Origin: a virus
Lineage: Duplodnaviria; Caudoviricetes
Direction: 5' to 3' (one strand)
IMG/VR virus record: IMGVR_UViG_3300020042_002196
Span: 1 to 34,585 of that record
Length of the DNA: 34,585 bases
The notes beneath the pieces were generated by a model that was not told the DNA's origin, ran no database searches, and saw only the letters and a program-made list of their open reading frames with translations. The position numbers and the translations under genes are program-made. Positions within the stretch are counted from its first letter, which is position 1. Each line of letters opens with the position of its first letter. Positions 17,034 through 25,000 of this stretch are shown in pieces.

Positions 17034-18112
17034 GTAACGCAAAATCATTATCAGAGTTAGGTGGATCGTATGGCACTGGAGGAATGTCTAGTTTTAAGAA
17101 TCGTATTATTAATGGTGATATGAGGATTGATCAGCGTAATGCTGGGGCGAGTGTTACTGGAAACGATGGAGTATATACACTGGACAGAACTTTTGTCATT
17201 GGAACTCAATCTTCAAAATTTACAGTGCAGCAAAATGCTGGGTCTGTTACGCCCCCTAATGGGTTCAGAAACTACTTAGGGGTCACTTCATCTTCTGCTT
17301 ATTCATTGCTGTCGAGTGATTACTTTACACTGTGCCAGCGTATTGAAGGATTTAACACAGCAGACATGATGTTTGGCACTGCCACTGCCGCAACATTTAC
17401 GTTGTCTTTTTGGGTTAGGTCTTCACTCACTGGAACATTTGGCGGCCTATTAGCAAACCATCCAGCAGACCGTTGCTATTTGTATTCATACACCATCAAT
17501 GCCGCTAATACTTGGGAAAAGAAAACAATTACAGTAGCAGGCGATACAACAGGAACTTGGGCAACCAATAACACCCGTGGTTTGCAGGTTATGTTTTGTC
17601 TTGGTGCAGGATCAAGTTATGTTGGCGCTACTGGCTCATGGAGTTCCACATACGCTCTTGGCCCAACAGGTCAAACAAATGTCCTTGGCACATCTGGAGC
17701 CACCTTCTACATCACAGGCGTACAGCTAGAAAAAGGCGCAACAGCAACATCGTTTGACTACCGCCCGTATGGGACTGAGGTGTTTTTGTGTCAGCGGTAC
17801 TTTGCAAAGATAAATGCTTCTACAACATACACGGGGTTTGGATCAGGGTTATTTGCTAGTACCGGCTCCGCACAAATATTTTTAAAATATCCAACAACAA
17901 TGCGGTCAGCACCAACAATAAGTCAAAGTAACTGCGCTTTAAATACCACAGATGCTGCTTTTACCGTTACAAGTTTAAGTGGAACAAATGCAGGAACAGA
18001 TACTGCACTACAGTCATTTAGTATTGCGTCAGGTGGTACTCAATATAGGGCAGTTGTGTTGACCGCAAATAATAATACAGCGGCATATGTTGATTTTTCT
18101 TCGGAGTTATAA
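17030..18112 (+). CDS. Fibre/RBP 4, carbohydrate-binding-like jelly-roll domain plus variable C-terminus (360 aa)
   Basis: FKNRIING...DQRNAGASVT, TLSFWVRSS, ITGVQLEKG..AT.FDYR.YG.E..LCQRY and MRSAPT. ATGA overlap with the previous gene. Confidence 0.85.
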   Translation: MSNAKSLSELGGSYGTGGMSSFKNRIINGDMRIDQRNAGASVTGNDGVYTLDRTFVIGTQSSKFTVQQNAGSVTPPNGFRNYLGVTSSSAYSLLSSDYFTLCQRIEGFNTADMMFGTATAATFTLSFWVRSSLTGTFGGLLANHPADRCYLYSYTINAANTWEKKTITVAGDTTGTWATNNTRGLQVMFCLGAGSSYVGATGSWSSTYALGPTGQTNVLGTSGATFYITGVQLEKGATATSFDYRPYGTEVFLCQRYFAKINASTTYTGFGSGLFASTGSAQIFLKYPTTMRSAPTISQSNCALNTTDAAFTVTSLSGTNAGTDTALQSFSIASGGTQYRAVVLTANNNTAAYVDFSSEL

Positions 18113-18280
18113 ATGTATCAAAAACATCAAAACAATGCTTTAATGGGTGAAGCAAAATCGGTTAGGCGTTTGTCTGACGGTGCATCTATCCCATTTGACC
18201 CCGACAACACAGACTACCAAGCATATCTGAAATGGCTGGAAGATGGTAACACCCCATTACCAGCAGATGAAGGAGCATAA
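18113..18280 (+). CDS. Small fibre chaperone-like protein (55 aa, ...IPFDPDNTDYQAYLKWLEDGNTPLPADEGA); not in the ORF track
   Basis: Hand translation with a GGAG SD upstream. Clear paralogue of 19386..19568. Confidence 0.9.
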   Translation: MYQKHQNNALMGEAKSVRRLSDGASIPFDPDNTDYQAYLKWLEDGNTPLPADEGA

Positions 18281-18282
18281 AC

Positions 18283-19374
18283 ATGGCACTTACACAAGTT
18301 GATTCTGGACTATTAAATAGTTCAGCACAATATACTGGATTTAAGAACCGCATCATCAATGGTGCGATGGTTATAGACCAGAGGAATGCGGGGGCGAGTG
18401 TGACCCAAAACGATCAAGGACTTTATACGCTTGATAGATGGTCTGCATATGGAACTGTTAATTCTAAATTTACAATTCAACAAAATGGTGGGTCAGTAAC
18501 TCGACCTGCAGGTTTTAAAAATTACCTGGGGTGTACATCGACCTCTGCGTACACTGTAACCGCAACTGACCTTAATATAATTCAGCAAGATATTGAAGGA
18601 TATAACATTGCCGATTTAGGATGGGGAACTGCTGATGCTAAGACTGTAACTCTTTCATTTTGGGTTCGTAGTTCTTTAACTGGAACATTTGGCGGCTCTA
18701 TTACTGGTGGTAACACTAGAAACTATCCTTGGTCTTACACCATATCTTCCGCAAATACTTGGGAATTTAAAACAATAATTATTGCTGGCGATACATCTGG
18801 AACTTGGGGTTCTACTAACGGAACTGGAATTATTGTAAATTGGAGTCTAGGTACTGGTTCAAGCTATAGCAACACTAGTGGCTCATGGACAGCATCTGCT
18901 TCATATTCTGTTCCAAGCGCAGTCAGCGTAGTCGGCACAAACGGAGCCACCTTCTACATCACAGGTGTTCAGTTGGAAAAAGGCTCAACAGCAACATCGT
19001 TTGACTACCGTGACTATGGGCGTGAGTTGACTTTGTGTGAAAGGTATTGTCTTCAATTCACCTCAACAACATATGGAAATCCATTAGGTGGTATAGGGAT
19101 TTTCTTAAATGGTTCTACAAGTTCGCTTTTTGGTGGACGGTTTCGTATGAGAAGCAATCCAACAGCAACGTACACTGGCGCTGGGCCTTATATGGCTGAT
19201 GCAAATGGTAGCTTAAGTACTGTGTCATCTGTATCAGTAGTTGCAACAGGAGCAAACAATTTTGTTGAATGGCAATTTAATTTTCCAGTAATGGGTGGTG
19301 GTGCGTATGGAGGTAAATCTTGTTATTTCATATCCAACGTAGGCAGTTACCTTCGTCTTGATGCAGAATTATAA
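18283..19374 (+). CDS. Fibre/RBP 5, paralogue of RBP4 (363 aa)
   Basis: Same motif series as RBP4, with a different N-terminal peptide (MALTQVDSGLL) and a divergent C-terminal ~105 aa. Confidence 0.85.
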   Translation: MALTQVDSGLLNSSAQYTGFKNRIINGAMVIDQRNAGASVTQNDQGLYTLDRWSAYGTVNSKFTIQQNGGSVTRPAGFKNYLGCTSTSAYTVTATDLNIIQQDIEGYNIADLGWGTADAKTVTLSFWVRSSLTGTFGGSITGGNTRNYPWSYTISSANTWEFKTIIIAGDTSGTWGSTNGTGIIVNWSLGTGSSYSNTSGSWTASASYSVPSAVSVVGTNGATFYITGVQLEKGSTATSFDYRDYGRELTLCERYCLQFTSTTYGNPLGGIGIFLNGSTSSLFGGRFRMRSNPTATYTGAGPYMADANGSLSTVSSVSVVATGANNFVEWQFNFPVMGGGAYGGKSCYFISNVGSYLRLDAEL

Positions 19375-19385
19375 GGAATTTAACT

Positions 19386-19568
19386 ATGTATAAAAAATTT
19401 GCTGATAAAAATAGTATAGTAACTGGACTTCCGGAACCAGTTAATGGAATAATACGAATTATTGATAATGCAGGAATTCCCTTTGACCCCGCTAACACCG
19501 ACTACCAAGCATATCTGAAATGGCTGTCCGAGGGCAACACGCCTGAACCAGCAGATGAAGGAGCATAA
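19386..19568 (+). CDS. Small fibre chaperone-like protein (60 aa)
   Basis: AAGGA SD. IPFDPANTDYQAYLKWL.EGNTP motif. Paralogue of 18113..18280. Confidence 0.88.
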   Translation: MYKKFADKNSIVTGLPEPVNGIIRIIDNAGIPFDPANTDYQAYLKWLSEGNTPEPADEGA

Positions 19569-19750
19569 TGGATGATCAAATCTCGGTGACAGCTGCAAAG
19601 CTAATGTCCCATGAACAAATATGCGCAGAACGTTACTTATCAATAGAAAAGCGTATGACTAAAATGGAATACTTACTTTATGGTGTTATGCTATGTGTTC
19701 TCCTTGGCCCCGGTCAAGCAGCAGAATTCTTTAAACGACTATTTTTATAA
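19568..19750 (+). CDS. Small single-TM protein, lysis-cassette associated (60 aa)
   Basis: HEQICAERY coiled-coil segment followed by a hydrophobic helix. TAATG coupling. Next to the holin-like gene. Confidence 0.75.
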   Translation: MDDQISVTAAKLMSHEQICAERYLSIEKRMTKMEYLLYGVMLCVLLGPGQAAEFFKRLFL

Positions 19751-19756
19751 TACAAT

Positions 19757-20254
19757 ATGGACTGGTTAAAAACAATTGCACCAACTATTGCCTCAGCCTT
19801 AGGTGGCCCCTTAGCGGGTCTTGCTGTAGAAGCTATCTCTAAGGCCGTAGGTATTGACCCCAAAGACGTAAATGAAACACTGTCTCAGGGAAAACTTTCA
19901 TCTGAACAAATAGCAAAAATCAAATTAGCTGAAATTGAAATGGCTTCTCGTGCGCAGGAATTGGGGTTAGACTTTGAAAAGCTGGCAGTAGACGATCGTA
20001 AGTCTGCCAGAGATATGCAAAAATCTACTGCCTCTGTTGTTCCTCCTACATTAGCCTTTGTAGTTACTGTAGGGTTCTTTGGTATTCTGTTTGGTCTGAT
20101 GACCAATCAAATGGCTTCATCAGAACCTCTTCTAATTATGCTTGGTAGTCTTGCAACTGCTTGGACAGGCATTATAGCATTTTACTTTGGGTCTTCCTCT
20201 GGATCACAGAACAAGGATGAGTTACTCTATAACTCTACCCCACATTCAAAATAG
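19757..20254 (+). CDS. Holin-like protein, GTA 3TM-holin type (165 aa)
   Basis: APTIASALGGPLAG N-terminus, DDRKSARDM, two C-terminal TM helices and FYFGSSSGS..K. Confidence 0.75.
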   Translation: MDWLKTIAPTIASALGGPLAGLAVEAISKAVGIDPKDVNETLSQGKLSSEQIAKIKLAEIEMASRAQELGLDFEKLAVDDRKSARDMQKSTASVVPPTLAFVVTVGFFGILFGLMTNQMASSEPLLIMLGSLATAWTGIIAFYFGSSSGSQNKDELLYNSTPHSK

Positions 20255-20286
20255 ATGACCCCTAATAGAGAATTTAAAGGAAAAAT

Positions 20287-21828
20287 ATGGCAACACCTAT
20301 AGAACAATTTGGAAGAGGAGGTCTGAATACCGACATGCCTCCAACATCCTTACCAATGAACACCTTTACAGATGTTCTTAATGTGCGTTTTGATGATGAA
20401 GCCATACAAGCAACTACTGGAGAAACCACATCTAGGGTCGTAGGTATGGCCCCTGATTATGGTATTCATTGGAGACGACCTGATCAAGGATATAATATCT
20501 TTGCCAGAAATGGAACCATTGTAAGAGTAGATTCTGCTGGTAGTCAATCGACTATGTTTTCCAGTGGTGATGCTCTATACAATAACAGTGATTGGCAGGG
20601 AACTACCTTTAATGGTGGATACGCTATTATCCTTAATAATGGATTTACAACTCCCTTGTATTGTTTGTATGGTAGTGTTACTGCGGGTTCTACTTTTCAG
20701 CCATTACCTAACTGGAACTATGTAGCAGGGTTAACCGTAACAGCTAAAGTAATTAGGTCTCTTAATTACTCTCTAGTTGCGGCTAACCTTACATTAAACC
20801 AAGCTGGTACCATAACTTATGCACCAAGTACAATAAGAATTTCTGTTCAGGCTGCAACAGGTAATGTACCTAGTGTATGGCAACCTGGACTAACAACAGA
20901 CACTGCTGATGAATTCGATTTATCCTCAACCTCACCCATATTAGACATGGCTGAGTTAAGAGGTAATATGTTTATTTATTCATCAGACTCAATTAATATG
21001 TTAACCATTGGGGCAGCAACAAGAATCTCTCCTTACTCAAATTCTTATGGAATTTTAAATACAGACTGTGTTATTGAGGTTGATGGTAAACACTTTGTTG
21101 TTGACCGTAATGACATCTACACCCATAACGGCTCAGGCGCTATCGAGTCAATTGCAGACTTTCGGGTAAGAAAATATTTCTTTAATAACCTTAATAAAGA
21201 TCAAACTAATAAAGTTCATTTAGTAAAGAATGCTTATTATAAAGAGATCTGGATTAACTATCCTAAAGGTGCGTCTACAGTATGTAATGAAGCTTTAGTG
21301 TTTAATTATAAAAATAATACATGGTCTAAGAGAACGTTACCTTCAGTAACTTACTCGTTTACAGGCCCATCAAACAACTCTAATGCTTTTCAGTATGCCA
21401 ATCAAGTTGTTTATATGTGTACTAACACCTCACAAACATTAGTAACTAATGATGGTTATTTAATGTGGAATGGTTCGGCACTAGCTGCATATACTTCATA
21501 CCTTGAAAAGAAAAAATTAAATACAGGTGATCTTGCAGGAAGTACTCTTGTTGATTCTATGTATTTTCTATTTGATAAAGTTCCTAATGACGATGTTATT
21601 ACTATCAGAGTAGTCGGGCAAAACAATTATTTAGAAGATAAAGACTTATCCGTAGATAATCCTGATCTAAAAGATACTTTTACTTTCTTACCTAGTAATG
21701 CCAAAGCACAAGGTTATAAGATTGATCCTAGGGTTAACGGTCGTATTTTAAACTACAGAGTTATAGCAACAGATTATTGGCGGCTAGCTAATGTACAAAC
21801 AAGTGCAAGACCAGCAGACAGGAGATAA
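20287..21828 (+). CDS. Tail nozzle / stabilisation protein (P22 gp10 / tubular protein B-like beta-propeller; 513 aa)
   Basis: GGLNTD.PP..LP...F....NVRF start, repeated beta-blade pattern and EIWINYP...ALVFNY.NNTWS. Upstream of the ejection genes. Confidence 0.8.
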   Translation: MATPIEQFGRGGLNTDMPPTSLPMNTFTDVLNVRFDDEAIQATTGETTSRVVGMAPDYGIHWRRPDQGYNIFARNGTIVRVDSAGSQSTMFSSGDALYNNSDWQGTTFNGGYAIILNNGFTTPLYCLYGSVTAGSTFQPLPNWNYVAGLTVTAKVIRSLNYSLVAANLTLNQAGTITYAPSTIRISVQAATGNVPSVWQPGLTTDTADEFDLSSTSPILDMAELRGNMFIYSSDSINMLTIGAATRISPYSNSYGILNTDCVIEVDGKHFVVDRNDIYTHNGSGAIESIADFRVRKYFFNNLNKDQTNKVHLVKNAYYKEIWINYPKGASTVCNEALVFNYKNNTWSKRTLPSVTYSFTGPSNNSNAFQYANQVVYMCTNTSQTLVTNDGYLMWNGSALAAYTSYLEKKKLNTGDLAGSTLVDSMYFLFDKVPNDDVITIRVVGQNNYLEDKDLSVDNPDLKDTFTFLPSNAKAQGYKIDPRVNGRILNYRVIATDYWRLANVQTSARPADRR

Positions 21829-21830
21829 AC

Positions 21831-23633
21831 ATGAATTTACCACCATCAACTGGTATACCTGAGTTAGACACTTACCTATACAATTTATATTTAAATATTG
21901 TAGATTCTTCTAATTCACAAGGATATTCTTCAGACCCTAATACAGGCATTATTACAGATTCAGATGGTAACCTGGTAGGATACTTATATCAATATCTGCA
22001 TATCAAATATGCAATTGACAATACTGGCACAGGTATGTCTGATACCCCTACAGGTCAATACTATTATGGTTTAAACAATAGTACATCCTCAACTGAATCA
22101 ACTAATCCAGCAGACTATACTTGGTATCTAGTAAATTATGGTATTGGTTTTGGTACAACTTTGTTTTTGTATTATCAGATTCTTGGTGGTAGACGTATTA
22201 AATGGGATGTTAACACTGCCCCTATTGACTATCGTTGGTTACTTGCCCCATCACTAGCACTCGATTTAGATATTCTTGTACCACCTCAAACAATAAGTAG
22301 TTCTGAATTATTAGATGCTGCTGTTACAGAACTTAAAATAGCAGCCTCAGCTGTGTCTGCCTCTAAACTTAATGTAGCAGCAATTAGTAACGTAACAGGT
22401 AATTTAGTAACCAATTCAGTTGGTCCAACCCAAATACAACTTGCAGCAGTAACTGCGGGAAAGCTTAGTGTAGCTGCTATTGAATCTGCAACAGGTAATT
22501 TAGTAGCTAACTCAGTAGGTACTACTCAAATATCTGATAATGCAATTACAAGTGCAAAAGTAACTGCCAATGCAATTGTTGCAGGAAAGATTGCAGCTAA
22601 TGCTGTGACAGCAACTGAGATTGCGGCTAATTCGATAACTGCTGATAAGATAACTACTAATGCAGTTACTGCGGATAAAATTTTAGCTAATGCAGTTACT
22701 TCTGAAAAGATAACAGCTAATGCAATTACAGCGAGTAAAATTGATGCTAATGCGGTTACTGCTGTAAAGATAGAAGCAGGAGCTGTTACTTCTGATAAGA
22801 TTTTTGCAGGAGCTGTTACTTCAGATAAAATAACAGTAGGCACTTTATCTGCTATTAATGCAAATATGGGTACTATTACTGCTGGAGATTTATCTATCGG
22901 TAGTAGTCCTACTATTTCTGGCACCACTATGACTGGCACTGGCAGTCATTTATATTCTAATGGTAATTTTGCATTTGGTAATTCAACCACCAACATGGTG
23001 TTTAATGGAACTAATGTATTTTTAAATGGATTTGTTAGTGGATCTAATTCACAATTTGTATTCCAAATTATAAAATCATATTTTGATAAATTATATAATT
23101 TTAATGTAAGCAAACCAACATACATAGTATATGGGACATCGGGAGATACTTATTTTATAATAAATGACACCAATGTTGTATCATTTGGTATGCAATATCA
23201 ATTTGGATTAATGCCTGTAACGGGCGCAGTCGAAATGGTTGCCGGAACAAATTATCAAATTAGTGTTGTTGGTACAACAAACTTTACCGCATATGGGGCG
23301 GCATCAAATACAGTCGGAACATTTTTTACTGCAACCAGTGCTGGAACTGGAACAGGCCAAGTTTACGATTACAGCACATTATTAATGGCAGTAAATAGAG
23401 ATTGGAGAACGCCTTGTTCTTTAAGTAATGGATATAGAAATGCAAGTATGAGCACATCATTTACCGATACACGATATCTATCACCGCGAACGTATGGATA
23501 TGACATTGTTCTCAGATATATAAGTTTATCATATATAAATTCGAGCGGAACTTTTATTTCTCCTGCACCGGGTTATTTAGAAAACCTAAATTTGCAGGGG
23601 GCCATAAATTTTTCGTATGCGGCAAATATTTAA
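21831..23633 (+). CDS. Tail needle/fibre with decapeptide (ANAVTADKI) repeats (600 aa)
   Basis: YLHIKYA...STNPADYTW module, about 10 tandem 10-aa repeats, LSAINANMGTITAG motif and a compositionally distinct C-terminus. Confidence 0.75.
   Translation: MNLPPSTGIPELDTYLYNLYLNIVDSSNSQGYSSDPNTGIITDSDGNLVGYLYQYLHIKYAIDNTGTGMSDTPTGQYYYGLNNSTSSTESTNPADYTWYLVNYGIGFGTTLFLYYQILGGRRIKWDVNTAPIDYRWLLAPSLALDLDILVPPQTISSSELLDAAVTELKIAASAVSASKLNVAAISNVTGNLVTNSVGPTQIQLAAVTAGKLSVAAIESATGNLVANSVGTTQISDNAITSAKVTANAIVAGKIAANAVTATEIAANSITADKITTNAVTADKILANAVTSEKITANAITASKIDANAVTAVKIEAGAVTSDKIFAGAVTSDKITVGTLSAINANMGTITAGDLSIGSSPTISGTTMTGTGSHLYSNGNFAFGNSTTNMVFNGTNVFLNGFVSGSNSQFVFQIIKSYFDKLYNFNVSKPTYIVYGTSGDTYFIINDTNVVSFGMQYQFGLMPVTGAVEMVAGTNYQISVVGTTNFTAYGAASNTVGTFFTATSAGTGTGQVYDYSTLLMAVNRDWRTPCSLSNGYRNASMSTSFTDTRYLSPRTYGYDIVLRYISLSYINSSGTFISPAPGYLENLNLQGAINFSYAANI
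22535..22840 (+). repeat. 30-nt period coding repeat (10-aa unit)
   Basis: gctaatgc(a/g/t)gt..act..gataa(g/a)at units. GCAGGAGCTGTTACTTC repeats exactly at 30-nt spacing (22776, 22806). Confidence 0.9.
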
Positions 23634-23658
23634 CAAGGAAAATAACTAGGAGACAAAC

Positions 23659-24348
23659 ATGGATCCTATAACAGCCTTTGCAATGGCCCAAGCTGCAATA
23701 GCAGGTGTACGTAAATGCGTAGACCTCTATAAAGAAGCTAAGGCTGTTGCCGCAGACGTAACTGAAATTACTGTAGAGGTTGGTACTCATATTGGTAAGT
23801 TCTTTGAGGCACAAGAACACGTTGTAACTGCTGCTAAAGAAGCCAAAGAAAAACCAGCAAAGAATAAATCAGTTAATTCAATTGCTTTTGAAAATGTTAT
23901 TCGTATAAGACAACTTCAACAGGCAGAAAAAGAATTAAGAGAATTCTTAATCTATCAAACACCTGGGTTAGGTTCTATATGGACTGACTTTGAAAAAGAA
24001 AGAGCAAGACTTAATAATGAACGTGAAATACAAGAAGCTCTTGACAAAAAAAATTTTAAAGCTAATAGAGACAAGTTATTAAGAGAACGAGAAAGAATCA
24101 TATATATATGTTCATTATGGGCTTCTGGAATTATAGTTGCAATTGTTATTACTGTTCTGATGTATGGCATTCATCTCAGCTATCAAGAAAAGAAAAAACT
24201 TAATTTTCAAAATAGTGAGTTTCATAGGAAATACGAGTCAGATGAAAAAGCTATTGAGTGTTGGAAAGAATATAAACTAACAGGCTTCTTACCTAGATAT
24301 TGCATTGCAATAGAAAGAGAAAAAGGATGGAACAAATCAAACAATTAG
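23659..24348 (+). CDS. Helical/coiled-coil protein with one TM segment (229 aa)
   Basis: GGAG SD, MDPIT amphipathic N-terminus, charged coiled coil and TM segment IIYICSLWASGIIVAIVITVLMYGI. Confidence 0.8.
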   Translation: MDPITAFAMAQAAIAGVRKCVDLYKEAKAVAADVTEITVEVGTHIGKFFEAQEHVVTAAKEAKEKPAKNKSVNSIAFENVIRIRQLQQAEKELREFLIYQTPGLGSIWTDFEKERARLNNEREIQEALDKKNFKANRDKLLRERERIIYICSLWASGIIVAIVITVLMYGIHLSYQEKKKLNFQNSEFHRKYESDEKAIECWKEYKLTGFLPRYCIAIEREKGWNKSNN

Positions 24349-24358
24349 GGGAAATATC

Positions 24359-24571
24359 ATGGGCGTAATGCAAACAATAAGTGATGCAATAAATCCACAA
24401 AGTCAAAATACATCTGCACCATCTCCCTTAATGGGAACAATGGGGGCATCAACTACTCCACAAACATCTGTTCAACAAACTAACTCAAGCTATATGCCTC
24501 CTTCCTTTTATCAGAATCAACCTATAGTTCAACCAACTACTGAACAACCAACCGCCTCCCGAGGTAAGTAA
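24359..24571 (+). CDS. Small disordered Gln/Pro/Thr-rich protein ending RGK (70 aa), possible internal virion protein
   Basis: AGGGG SD. Abuts the next start codon. Confidence 0.7.
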   Translation: MGVMQTISDAINPQSQNTSAPSPLMGTMGASTTPQTSVQQTNSSYMPPSFYQNQPIVQPTTEQPTASRGK

Positions 24572-25000
24572 ATGAAAATAGTATTGCTAGAAACAAATAT
24601 TGTAATTAAACATTGGCCTACATTGTCAGCTCTGCTTGATAAAGTAATTTTGCACGGTCAAGGTGAATCAACTACTGAGGATTATCTTCGTAAGATACTC
24701 AACAAAGAAGTTCAATGTTGGGCTGTAGTTGATGGCGAAGAAAATGAAATTGTTGGGGCGGGTTTAACTCAAGTACTTTATTACGCACAACATACAACAT
24801 TACATATTATTGCGTTTTCTGGTGATAACTTTGAACATCAATCACAAGTGTTTCACACTGTAGAGGAACATGCTAAGAGCCTTAAATGCAAGGCTATCGA
24901 ACAATGGGGAAGACCAGGATGGGGTAAATTGTTACCTAAATATGTACCTGGATTCAAACAAACATACGTAGTCATGCGGAAGGATTTGCAATATGAGTAA
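24572..25000 (+). CDS. GNAT-fold acyltransferase-like protein (positional analogue of P22 gp14 / T7 gp13; 142 aa)
   Basis: W....L, QCWAV, LHIIAFSG, EEHAKSLKC..I...GRPGW.K....GF pattern, directly before the ejection genes. Confidence 0.7.
   Translation: MKIVLLETNIVIKHWPTLSALLDKVILHGQGESTTEDYLRKILNKEVQCWAVVDGEENEIVGAGLTQVLYYAQHTTLHIIAFSGDNFEHQSQVFHTVEEHAKSLKCKAIEQWGRPGWGKLLPKYVPGFKQTYVVMRKDLQYE

Noticed and set aside
17030-19568. Diversity-generating retroelement (TR/VR pair)
   Set aside because: Both copies are coding, differences are not adenine-specific, the variable C-termini are unalignable rather than near-identical, and no reverse transcriptase is in the window.
11841-19568. Invertase-driven shufflon (Gin/Cin/Rci type)
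   Set aside because: All cassettes are complete genes on the same strand, the repeats found are direct, and no recombinase gene is present.
24100-24110. (AT)n microsatellite as a phase-variation tract
   Set aside because: Only about five units in an AT-rich genome, and the reading frame is intact.
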